From the NCBI GenBank assembly GCA_020891255.1, contig BQFW01000001.1, forward strand, positions 2,480,001 to 2,544,000: DNA of 64,000 nt, in the 5' to 3' direction. This stretch comes from Entomortierella parvispora E1425. Its lineage: Eukaryota; Fungi; Mortierellomycota. Numbering within the stretch: position 1 is the first letter of the stretch; each line of letters begins with the position of its first letter. A model generated the notes under the pieces. The model did no database searches, was not told the DNA's origin, and saw only the letters and a program-made list of their open reading frames with translations. Shown here piece after piece: positions 1 through 14,000 of this stretch. A program made the translations under genes and the position numbers.

Positions 1-1468
1 AGCGCCAGAAAAGGGCTGACAGAATACGGAGGTTAGCCCACGTTCAGGTTTGAGAGTGCAAACGTGGGCTAAAATGGAATTGCCTAGCCTTGCGGCCTGG
101 CTCGACCAAGGAGAGTCAAATGGAGCTGAGCTGGAAAATGATCATCAATGGTCCTTGTGCTGAAGCCGATCAACCATCAAGTAGCAAGCTAAATACGGGA
201 CAGAGAGACAGCACGGGTCGAATACACTGAGGGTGGTTCCAAAGAAGTCGCCTCAGGCCTCCTCAACTCCTTGTTATTAACACCAAAACGGCAAGGCCCC
301 CAAACGACATACCTATTCACATGACAGCCACAAGGAGGTGTTACCAAGAGCAACGCAAGCGATACTCAGGGCAGTGTGCTCGACACGGTGCCGTTTACCC
401 AAAGGCAAAGGTGTTGACGAGCACACGGGGTCGATAGCCATTTGCATGACCATAATGGGATACAAAACCTTGTCCACCAGCTGGGTTCTGTATTCAGAAG
501 GCGGCAGTTGGGTTTCAAGCCGTAAATCACGTTTCCTCTCTTGTTGCCAGGGCCAGAAATACGAAAAACCTCTTCAAGCTCCCACCAGACCTGCATCCGA
601 TGGAGAGATGAAAGAAAGAATGGGATGGAAGAGCAAGAGAAAGACACATCCACACACACACTTAACTTGTACACTGGAAACGACGAGGAAGCGGCGCAGC
701 CCAACAGAGGCAGGCGAGATGCGGGAGGGACTGCAGAGTACTCAAGAAGCAGAAGAAGAGAAGAGACTTGTGAGAACACACGAAAGAAGACCAGTCAACA
801 TACTCACAAGGCAACGAACACGAAAGCAAGAACAGCTACAACTTACCATATAAACCCGCAGGCAATGTGCGCCATGCATGTCAAAGGCTGATGGACTGAG
901 GCCAGGACCGAGGCAATCACTATTTTTGAGGAAAGGTACATACGATAAATGGGTCAATGTCAACATTGAGCTGGCAGGCGCAGTCGAAATGACGCGTGAG
1001 AGACAATGTTGAAATGAAAGGTGGTCATTGAAGCATGAGAGAGACAGGCTGAAAGGAATGGCGGCTGTGAAGCAAGGGCATACAAGAACGAAACGACAGA
1101 GAGGAGCAAAGGTGGGAGTGTATGTTGTTCAAGGAGAGGCACTTACCAGTCAGGTCTACCATGAAGGAGAGAAAAGGCGAAAGAGTGACGAAAAAAGCCA
1201 AGCCCGAGCGATGTATATAAATGAATCACATATGGACCCCTTAAGAATCGACGATCATACCCTCAGTCGAATCCGCCGCTCAACGAGTTTAGCTGGCTGG
1301 ATGCACTCCTCAACGGCGATCAAGGGAGTGCACGCACCCATTCAACAGCTATCAAAGAACAAGGGAATGACCAGACGGAACCTGTTCAAGCGACTCAGCA
1401 CTCGCGTTTTTTTTCATTCTCTTGGAGATCCAGCCAAGTAAACCAAAGCTCCCCCGAGAACTAGAACC

Positions 1469-1771
1469 ATGGAGCTCAGAAAGAGACTGTTGGAGTTGGA
1501 CATAAAAAGATTGAAGAACAAAAAAAAAGGTGTTGCTCATTTTTTTTGGCGGTTGTGCTGTCCAGGGGCAGAAACACAAGAACACTGTCTGACCATGTCT
1601 CTTCAGGACGGCTTGGATGAGCTGAAGAATCTCAAGTGTCTACGGAGGTTGACCCTCGAGAAGATGAGTCTCAGCATGGGTGAGGCAGAGCAGACATGCA
1701 TGAAAGAGAACTGGCCAGATTATGGAAAGAAATCCAGGGATACCTTTTGGACATCGAGGGACCACTCTTAA
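1469..1771 (+). pseudogene. C-terminal fragment of a Mortierellaceae-type F-box/LRR family gene (probable pseudogene)
   Basis: LLELDI...CLTMSLQDGLDELKNLKCLRRLTLEKMSLSMGEAEQTCMKENWP resembles the typical C-terminal signature of this family (L-S-L-x-x-G-L-x-x-L-x-x-L-x-x-L...M-x-E-x-W-P). An in-frame TAA at 1439-1441 lies upstream and no F-box N-terminus was found. Confidence 0.5.
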
Positions 1772-2047
1772 CATTGGTTCTGACGTGCCCTTTGAAAGCT
1801 TCGAGGCTCGCCAGCGGGCAATCCAGGAATATTGCCATTATGATTGGTGGTAAAATCAGTTTTTTTTTTGCTTCTTCGAGCAGCGTCGATCAATAAATGA
1901 ATCCAAAGATCCATCAAATTTTTTGTTGGATCCAAAAAAAAAAGGCCAGATCTACAGCATTGTTCTTTCTGAAATGAAAAATGAGAGAAGACAGCTTTTG
2001 ACAACGGCACAATGTTTGATAATGACTCTGTGTTCTTTAATGATCTA

Positions 2048-3571
2048 TCAACGATTAAACACCACGTTCTTCTGGTCCAGCTTGGGGAAGCGACACAAAA
2101 ACTGCTTGATGGCGATAAAGACAGGGTAGCCCTCTGCAAAGAGCGTCTTCAGGCCCATGATATCGTGCTTGTCCACCTCTGCCTGGTCCAAGTCATCAGG
2201 ACACCAATTAGAGTCTAGATCCTCATGCGCAAGCGTAAGACTCATGTTCTCCAAGTCCTGGCATGCCCACGGTCTGATTTCTCCCTCCATAGCCTCGATC
2301 GCACCTCCCTCGCTCATGCCTCTCGCAGGAATGGAGCCTCCCGTAAACAGATGGTGGATGAGCAGCGTCTCTTTTCCAATGTCAAAGATTCGGAGATTCT
2401 TGAACATACAAAGGATATCCACTGCCACCTCTGTCACGTAGTAGTTGGAGTAGGATTCATATGGAATCACCAATTCCTCCAATGTTTCCTGAAACACCTG
2501 TCTGCCGTCCCAAACCGCTAGGAGAATCATGTTGAAATCCAGTCCTCCCTCCTCACCTTTTGAATGGCCGCGGACATGAAGACTGCGTAAGGCAACCCAT
2601 GGGCTTAGTAGGCCTCCAGAAGAGAAATCCATCGCGACAGTAGATGCCGCTACTGCTGTCGTCAGGAATCCCCTCAGTTTAATATCATAATCAAACGCTG
2701 TGGGGCCAATCACTTTTGTCTCCAAGAAAAGGTCCTGAAGCCTCGAGCATGACTGTCCCAATGCCTTTGCCATCTCTCGAACATTCTCCAAAACTTTGGT
2801 AGGATTGCGGGCGTCGTACTCGCCTTTGATAACAATGTACTCCAAGATTGGACTGGTCGACGCAATAGAAACAAGTGGGTGAAAGGCGCCAAGACTACTC
2901 CTGACCTCTAATCGTTTCAATCCATATAAAATTGCAGTGTCGCCGTCGCCCTCACAAGTGGTCAAAATCCTGGGTAGAGTCTCGAAGCCAGAATCCAACG
3001 GGATTTCGTCCAGGCAGAACGAACCATGCTCATTGAGCCGCAGGCCGTGAAGCACTGGCAACTGTCCAATGACTCCTTTGACGTAGAGAAGAGGGAGGCG
3101 AGGTCCTGTCAGGTCTAGGAATCTCAGATATTTCAGTCCAGAGAGGGTCTCGAATCCTATTTTTGTATCCAGCCCTTGGATACGACCGATACTCAATCCT
3201 TGGAGCGTCTGCTTGTTTGCTTCAATCACGGAATACAAGGGACCTTCAGACCTTACATATGGAAGCACAAGACTCTTCAATCGCGTCATTTGCATCAGGA
3301 GATCAAGGGTCGTGCCACTCCTTGACCAAGAAAGATCGCGGATAAAGTGTTTGTACTGAAAGCAAGCTTCGGCAAAGCCCTCCGTGTAGAATAGTTGCGA
3401 TGGGATAGTTTGCCATAGTAAAGAAGCAAACGGCTCGAACCAGGTCTTGTTGACCCTGCATGAAGAAGCGAGATCTCGCTTCTGGAGATGAATAGCAATG
3501 TGCTTGAGGATTTCGGGGATGTGCAGCGGATGCACAATGGGCTTGTCGACCGATGAGGAAATGGATGTCAT
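2048..3571 (-). CDS. F-box/LRR-like (RNI-like) protein, single exon, about 507 aa
   Basis: 522-codon ORF with first ATG at 3571. N-terminal HPLHIPEILKHIAIHLQKRDLASSCRVNKTWFEPFASLLW is an F-box-like motif, followed by LxxLxL repeats and a C-terminal RPWACQDLE motif. Confidence 0.85.
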   Translation of the reverse strand: MTSISSSVDKPIVHPLHIPEILKHIAIHLQKRDLASSCRVNKTWFEPFASLLWQTIPSQLFYTEGFAEACFQYKHFIRDLSWSRSGTTLDLLMQMTRLKSLVLPYVRSEGPLYSVIEANKQTLQGLSIGRIQGLDTKIGFETLSGLKYLRFLDLTGPRLPLLYVKGVIGQLPVLHGLRLNEHGSFCLDEIPLDSGFETLPRILTTCEGDGDTAILYGLKRLEVRSSLGAFHPLVSIASTSPILEYIVIKGEYDARNPTKVLENVREMAKALGQSCSRLQDLFLETKVIGPTAFDYDIKLRGFLTTAVAASTVAMDFSSGGLLSPWVALRSLHVRGHSKGEEGGLDFNMILLAVWDGRQVFQETLEELVIPYESYSNYYVTEVAVDILCMFKNLRIFDIGKETLLIHHLFTGGSIPARGMSEGGAIEAMEGEIRPWACQDLENMSLTLAHEDLDSNWCPDDLDQAEVDKHDIMGLKTLFAEGYPVFIAIKQFLCRFPKLDQKNVVFNR

Positions 3572-3896
3572 TGCAGAGAATGAGATGCAAGGAGGGAAGG
3601 ATGCTGAAGACAGCATGGGAGAACCGACAACGAAAATTAAAATTCAAGGAAATGCACCGCCACACGGACCAGGAGCGCGTTGCTGGGTCTCGCGACTTTT
3701 TCTTTTTCGCACTTCCTCCACGATCTCCTGTTCAACCTGATATGTTTTGCTTCTGATGATATCGTTTATTGAGCAGATAATCAACCATTCCCTACACAGG
3801 GACAGAGAGTTCATCCTGAAGCGCAAGGGAGCGGGCCAGCTTCATGGCTGAGTAGCCAGCCTCTAGGTTTTGTAGCTTCTATCCTTCTATCCATTC

Positions 3897-6159
3897 TTAC
3901 GCCTTGCCTCCACCAATCAGGGACCAGCTTGAGTTGACACTATGGTAACGCACCTCCTGGTCTGGATGTGCCATCAACTCCATGATCCTCTGCTTGACTC
4001 CAATCTCCTGCATGAATCTACAATGGGTTGGTAAGAAAAAAAGGAATTAGCCAATATTCAATGTCACTCGCCGTAGTGTGGAAGAAAGGACTTACTTTTT
4101 ACTGCTGGGGTCGCGCTTGACATATTGTCCAATATCGCTGGCAGCCACCGAGAGCACCAGCGTATCGCTAGAAGTGCTGAGAAGACGAGCCAAGACCCTA
4201 ATACAGAAGCAAAGCATTGTGAGTGAACATTTCTGGCATTCGAAAAGTAGGGGCTGATGGCCATTTATCTTTACCTCAAAAGTGCATAGTTCTCCTTCTT
4301 GAGTTCCCTCCAGTTCTTTGCCCAGAATTGATCCGACAAGTGGGGTGGCGACCAAGTCAATCTCGATGACATGAGCTCGGCCTGATAAACCTCAAAGGTA
4401 CTAGTAGAAACAAACCGATTGAAAGAGATGAGAACATGATCCTTAACCAACTCCCCGTCTATCCACAAGGTTGGGCTGACAGTTCTACATTTACGTTAAT
4501 GTCTGGAAGTTCTTTTCGAGCTCTGCCTTCAAGTAGTTGACATCCTCCAAGATTTCGGCGTCAGACCACTTGCGCGATGACAAGTTCTCGCTGAACTGGA
4601 GCAACTTTACTGCTGCCATGGCAACCAAGTTCTCCTCTGGAGCCTTTTCCACAAGGTTCTAAAAGTGGAGCGAAGGAGTAAGTTTGGTCTGTCGAGAAAT
4701 CAATTAAAAGATACAGGTCCTCTTTTCAAGTCAAAGGCACATACTCTCAATGTCGAAACAACAACGCGAATGACCTTCTCCTTGATGGCCGACTTTGCGA
4801 TCTCGACCAACTGAGGGATCACATCGTATTTCCTGCACAGCAGAAAAAGTGTCAAAAAATCATGTTAGATCCATGTAGAAGGAAAGAGTTGTTCAGTCAC
4901 CCCACTGACGCCAGAACATGAGCTCAGCCTTCGTATATTCTTGCCTGTTGAGTTCCTGTGCAATCTCCTTGTTAAAAGTCAAGATCCAGAAGCAGTAGAT
5001 GACCTGATACTGCATCTGAGGACTGGGAGAGTCGAGCTTCAAGAGCCTGACCAAAGCATCGATGGCCTGGGGTGTGTTCCAGTAAACCAGGCGCACATCC
5101 CGTTGACGGAACACTGACTCCAAGACCTGGACTGCCAAATCGACTGTGGCCGCACTCTTGCTCTGCAATTGAACCGTTGTCCATCGGAAGAGTTCCTGAG
5201 CTGCCTCAGTGTTGGGCTTGGGTGAAGCACAAAGAAACGTGGCCAAGATCTTACTGGCCTTCAAAGGCACAAATTCATCCTCGCTTCTCAGGCACCTAAC
5301 AGAAGGGCAAAAAACATCCATAGGGCCTGTTAATATCATCTGAAGAAAGTGAGACTCGAGTGCCTGTATCCACTATTGTGATTTGGGTCGTACTTGAGCA
5401 AAGGAGCGTAGGGTAAGGTGGCGTCCTTAGCAGACAACTGCAAAAAGTAAGAAGCACGTCCCTCGTGATCTAGATAAGAAAGAAGGGAGAAAGGAGTGAG
5501 TGATGAGGAATGAAGACACGCTTCGGCGGGCAAAGGACTTCTCTTTTGGAGTCGAAAAGAGCATACCCAAAAGAATGTCGTCGATGAGGATCAAAATGGA
5601 CTGGATCGTGTCCACGCGCACGAGCTTCTGAAGGAGATTGATCAACAATTCTCCATAGACGTTTCCTTCCTAATAAGCCAGTGTTTTGTTGTTTTTTGTC
5701 AGCGGTCTGTGGGTTGTGGGTTGTGCAGATCAAAGATAACGTCCTTTTTTTGTACGCCATTCTTTTTATCAGATCCTGGTCGCCATAGATTCTACCTTGT
5801 CAACAACTCTTGACAGATCCTCGCCCGATTTCTTTTCCAATGCCTTGATGTAGTTGAGCTCTGACTGCGTGATCAAAGTGGCGCGTTGGTAGCCCTAGAT
5901 TCGATAGAAAAGTATGTCACAAGAAGAATGAGTATGGGATGCGACGCCAACAAGCATGCATTCATTCAGGCCAGAAACATGATGCCAGTGCATCTTTGCT
6001 CCTCAAAAGAATTTGAATGAAGGAAACAGTGATGCCAAACTATACCTCCCAAGGAATGGGACGAGCTCTGAGACTGGCGGTGAGTTCATCGAGGTACGAG
6101 TTGGAGACGAAGGCGAGAGGCACCTCGGCGACATTGTCTGCATTGATGTTCAGGACCAT
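3897..6159 (-). CDS. VMA13: V-type proton ATPase subunit H (multi-exon)
   Basis: Spliced exons give MVLNINADNV...LRARPIPWE|GYQRATLIT, NLLQKLVRVDTIQSIL, QMQYQVIYCFWILTF, KYDVIPQLVEIAKSAIKEKVIRVVVSTLR, RKWSDAEILEDV, LTWSPPHLSDQFW, VLSVAASDIGQYV and VKQRIMELMAHPDQEVRY. The extreme 3' end is uncertain. Confidence 0.95.
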
Positions 6160-6618
6160 GGCAGCAGCTGATCAGATCCAACGAGGGTGCGAAAAGGGGA
6201 AAGGAATAAGAGAGAAAGAGAGAGTCGATGTTCCCAGTCGTCGGATGAAAGAGAGAAGGAGAGAAAGACGACGAGATGGAAAGAGACGATGAATGAATGA
6301 TGCAAAAACAGAGCAAGAGCAAGAAACGAATGCGCGAAATGCACGAGAAATAAAAAATGCGGAGAAGACTGAACTTCGATTTCTCATTCTATTTCGACTC
6401 CAAGTGACGTTGCGATTCTGTGATTCAGGCACAGGGGGTGAAAGGGGCAAGGACCGCGTCTCTTTTTCGATTTGTCTTTCTTCCCTTCTCTGCCCATCCT
6501 TCACTCTCATGACAGAGTAGTCTCTGCAGCCAGACATGCTTTAATTAGAACTATTGATACAACAAGACTATGGTACACTTTGCATGCTGCTGTGTGCTGC
6601 ATCACGGGTATTTCTCCA

Positions 6619-8661
6619 CTATTTTAGTTGCGCAAACCGCTCGCGTGCGCGGCGTCGTGCCGCCTCACCCTGCGTCTCACGCGACGATGGGGATGATGCC
6701 CCTGCTGCTACCTCCCCTTGCGATTGCAAGCTAGTCGATCCAAGACCTGCCTTTTTATCAGACACCTTCAACTGCACAGGTTCGACCAACCCCTGCCCTG
6801 ATGCTCCAAGACCTGTGCCAGCTTTCCATCCCATTTTGCTCAGCATGGCATGTCCCTTGTTGGTCTTGGCCACCGGTACATGGAATCCCGTCGCTACCTC
6901 CGTCACTTCCACAGGGTTATATTGAGCAGACGACATGGGTTGAGAGTGATCGGGGTTATACAGCCTTCGCTTGGCGGCTCTGTCCACATACGTCGACGAC
7001 CCTCCTTCCTCACCTGCTGCCAAGCTATTCTGGCTATAGCCAGCCGTACCAGATTTCCTCGCGCCAGCGCCAGCAGATCTTTTTTCGGGTCCAGCCCATT
7101 TCTTCTTCAGACGGTTCATCTCCTCAATGCGCTCCTGCTCCGTCGTCAACTTTTGATCCAATCTCAAAGCAGTCGCATTTTTGGATGCCAACAAGGCGGC
7201 GGCGGCTGCGACCCTCTCTGCTGCTCCAGCCGGTCCCGAGCTTTCCTTGTCATCGAGGACCTCAATTTCATTAGAGTCCGTGATTTGACACCGTGCGCAA
7301 ATCCGACCTTCCTCATGTGCATGGATTTCAATGACTGTAGATCCCAACTGCAGTTGATCCAAATGCTTGAGTGGATAAGGTTGACTTGCCATCTTGGCTG
7401 CAGAAAGTCTTTGGCCATTCAAAAGTGTCCCATGGGTCGAACCCGAGTCCACGATCTGGAAAACATCATGAACAATCGGTGCGGCCTGTGCCACTGCTGC
7501 CATTGATTTCTCATACTCCTCCATCTGGCGCCAATACAGTTGCTCCTGATGCTCTCTCTCCTTTTGTTTTCGTTGGTAATCCGTCGACTCTTCTCGCTCA
7601 ATCTCACCCACTTGATCGATAGGGGTTGGACTTTGGACAGCAGCGCCGGTGCTTGGAGAGTCCTCGATCTCGCCTTCCTCGTGGTCATCATCTTCCTTCA
7701 AATCGGTAGTAGGAGCTTTGTTTTCCGCCAGTTCTGTATCGTTGTCCTCAGAACGGGTGGGTATAGAAGGCTCGGCGAATCCTGGAGGTTGTGGTGTTCC
7801 ACTTGTGGAGTTGGCATTAGCCGCCTCTGACTCGCCATCCAAATGCTTTGCCCCGACTCCAAATGTATTTGTCGAGCTCAGTGCTGGTGTGCTGGTTGAA
7901 CTTGGCGTCCTCGACATATCGACTTCCTTTGTAGACATGGACCCTACATCTGAAGTGGATAACTCCTCTAGAACGTGTTGTTGTTGGTTCTGTTCTGGCA
8001 CTGATGTTCGATGTTGATGTTGCTCTTGCCACTGTGAAGCAGGGTTCTCGAGAACGTGATATTGTCGATCCAGGTAGATACTGGCGTGAAAACGACTAAT
8101 GGTCATTTCTACCATCCGGACACGCTTTCCTTGACCGCTCAATGGTCGATCTCGTCCAAAAGAGACCCCCGACGCATCAATGAGGATTACGCCCCCAGCT
8201 GGCAAAATGTCTGAAGACAAAACACAGAGTCGAAGAGTCGCATCACTTTCAGGCGGTGCCTCGAGCTGACCCTGCCGGGTATAATCTATCTCTATCCGGT
8301 ATCCCGTATGAGGGTCGGTGTAATAGCCCTGCTGAAGTTGCTGCTGCTGTTCCTGGTATTGCTGCTGCTGTTGTTCCTGTTGCTGCTGCTGCCGGACCAG
8401 TCTCGGATGGAGTGAATCGGGTCCCTCAACTGGAATGTACGTGCTGGATTCTTCGTCATAATATGAAAAAGTGCCCGTAGAGGCATCATGCCACATTTGA
8501 CTGATGGGATGCTGCGCAAAGCTAGGCGCGTCCTGGGTCGGATGGAATTCCTTGGGATGCGGAAACGCGAAGGAGGCCAAGAGCTTTGCGTGTTTCTCCT
8601 TGTCCTCCGAGACAGTGCGTGCCTTGATGTAGCTCTCGAGATCGTCGTCAAAGTCTGCCAT
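6619..8661 (-). CDS. AGGF1-like protein (OCRE-like Tyr motifs, FHA domain, G-patch), single exon
   Basis: 707-codon ORF with probable ATG at 8661. It has FHA halves FGRDR...ISRFHASI and IVDSGSTHGTLLNGQRL...DQLQLGST, a YVDRAAKRR motif, and the G-patch NKGHAMLSKMGWKAGTGLGASGQGLVEPV. Confidence 0.88.
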   Translation of the reverse strand: MADFDDDLESYIKARTVSEDKEKHAKLLASFAFPHPKEFHPTQDAPSFAQHPISQMWHDASTGTFSYYDEESSTYIPVEGPDSLHPRLVRQQQQQEQQQQQYQEQQQQLQQGYYTDPHTGYRIEIDYTRQGQLEAPPESDATLRLCVLSSDILPAGGVILIDASGVSFGRDRPLSGQGKRVRMVEMTISRFHASIYLDRQYHVLENPASQWQEQHQHRTSVPEQNQQQHVLEELSTSDVGSMSTKEVDMSRTPSSTSTPALSSTNTFGVGAKHLDGESEAANANSTSGTPQPPGFAEPSIPTRSEDNDTELAENKAPTTDLKEDDDHEEGEIEDSPSTGAAVQSPTPIDQVGEIEREESTDYQRKQKEREHQEQLYWRQMEEYEKSMAAVAQAAPIVHDVFQIVDSGSTHGTLLNGQRLSAAKMASQPYPLKHLDQLQLGSTVIEIHAHEEGRICARCQITDSNEIEVLDDKESSGPAGAAERVAAAAALLASKNATALRLDQKLTTEQERIEEMNRLKKKWAGPEKRSAGAGARKSGTAGYSQNSLAAGEEGGSSTYVDRAAKRRLYNPDHSQPMSSAQYNPVEVTEVATGFHVPVAKTNKGHAMLSKMGWKAGTGLGASGQGLVEPVQLKVSDKKAGLGSTSLQSQGEVAAGASSPSSRETQGEAARRRARERFAQLK

Positions 8662-8900
8662 GACGGCGGTAACGGAAGGGAGATAAAGAGAGGAGAAAGG
8701 GGAGGGGGGAAAGGGAGAAGAAGGAAGAACCTCAGTGTGCATGGGGAGCGTTCATCAATGCATGAAGTCAAGGAAGAAACGTGACTGCTAAATATACCAG
8801 CCTGTTTACATTTTTTTTCTTTTTTTTGGTCAAATGCTTCGCGCATGCATCTCTTTCTTTTGTAAACCTACCTCATCAACACAGGGACCCATCAACCATC

Positions 8901-10152
8901 ATGCCATTGCCAGTAAAGAGACAACAGCCCAAGCAGCAGCATGGCAAACCACAGCAGAGACAGCAGTCTCAGCACTCGAGACCTCAACAACAACAACGAC
9001 AGCCTCAACGGAAGCAACAAGAGTCGGCTGAGGATCGTGCCATGGTAAACTCCTTTGTTCAAGTTCCCAAGAGGAGAGCTCTCCATTCTTCCCTTTTGAA
9101 TCCTGTCCTATTGGAATAGAAACTAACAGCTTTTTTATATTGAAAACGGATATTTTTGACCCAATAGCGTCGCATGCAGACATATGACGAGAGCGACAGC
9201 GATCTGGATCAGAACGGACACGGTGACGACGATGAGGAGGAGGATTCTGAGGAGGAAGATGACAGTGAAATGGATGAGGATGAAGGAGATAGCGAGGAGG
9301 GAGACAGCGATGAAGATGAGGATGATGACGACAGTGAGGAGGACAGCGAGGAAGAGGATAGCGACGATGAGGGACCCCAGGAAGTCAGCAGCAAGCCTCA
9401 GAGAAAGATTGTCCAGCGGAGAAACGACAAGAACAAGTAAGGAGATTTTGCATTCCGCAGTGGACGGCTTTATAGATGACCATTTTCTGGAGAGGAGCAA
9501 GAGTTGACCCATGGACTGACTTGTGGTCTCTTCCTTGATATCTTATAGGCCCATGGAAATCGGATCTAAGAAGCCTGTTGGTCGTTTCCGTCAAGTCGTG
9601 GAAGTCGCCACAGCTGTATGTCATACTCTTGTATGGATGAAAGATCTGCACCTCCTTGAGCCTTTCCAGACTAACAACTTTTTTTCTTCTTCCTCACAGA
9701 AACGTCGTGACCCTCGTTTTGACAACTTGAGCGGAAAGCTCGACACGGACTTGTTTGAGAAATCATATAGTTTCTTGAAGGATTACCAGGCAGACGAGAC
9801 CAAGAAGCTTCGGGAGATGATCAAGAAGGAAAAGGACATGGATCTCAAGGAAAAGATGCAGAACGAGCTTTCAAAGATGGTCGATCGTCAGGCCACGGAA
9901 GCTGCTTTGAAGCGCAGACAGGAGATCAAGCGGGATCACAAGCGAAAGGAAAAGGAGTTGGTCGCCAAGGGAAAGACGCCCTTCTTCTTGAAGAAGTCGG
10001 ACCAAAAGAAGTTGGAGTTGATCGACAAGTTCAAGCACTTGAGCGAATCGCCCAAGGCCCTCGCCAAGGCCATGGAGAAGAGGAGAAAGAGAAACTCGGC
10101 AAAGGAGAAGAAGCAGATTCTTGGAGGCAACAAGCGCCGCAGAGTCGATTAG
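8901..10152 (+). CDS. RRP36: rRNA biogenesis protein RRP36 (DUF947), 3 introns
   Basis: Q-rich and D/E-rich N-terminus, then PMEIGSKKPVGRFR, RDPRFDNLSG, FEKSYSFL, KGKTPFFLKKS and a basic C-terminus. GT-AG introns join the ORF pieces. Confidence 0.92.
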
Positions 10153-10305
10153 AACCTTTGATTATCTTTATCATAATTCATTTCCATTTGCATACCCACC
10201 ATTCACACTCTTCCAAACCGTACAATCTCATTCATCAAAAAAACAAATGTTCATCAACAAGTTGCGACTCTTCTTTTTTCATCTTGGATTTATTTTACAT
10301 GCTCA

Positions 10306-13665
<3,360 letters not shown>

Positions 13666-14000
13666 GTGAGGAATGAAGGGGAGAATGGGAGCCAAAGTCA
13701 ATGAGCAAAAGAGGGGTCCTTGTTCCAGCCTTGTTGTTTTGTGTGCCACCAAAAGTGTGAGGAGAGTCAAAAAAAAAAAAAAAAAAAAAAAAAATAAAAT
13801 AAAATAAAAATCAGCGTGCAGTGACCAGTGAGAGACCGATTGCACGCCCCACGGTCGCATTCCTTTCTTCTCTTCTCTTCCTTCCTTCTTCCAGCATCAA
13901 CCGACCAACACCCACCGCACAAAGGGACAAGGACAAGGACAGGAACAAGGGAAGGCAGGAGGAAGCTACTACCCCAACTACGCGACAGCTCCCCTTGCCC

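Noticed and set aside
338-1142. Overlapping ORFs on both strands and possible GTAAGT/GTGAGT donors on -
   Set aside because: No consistent spliced frame or recognisable motif could be built; no SRP, RNase P or snRNA consensus matched.
1923-2521. Short + strand ORFs
   Set aside because: Mostly antisense shadows of the F-box gene, without motifs.
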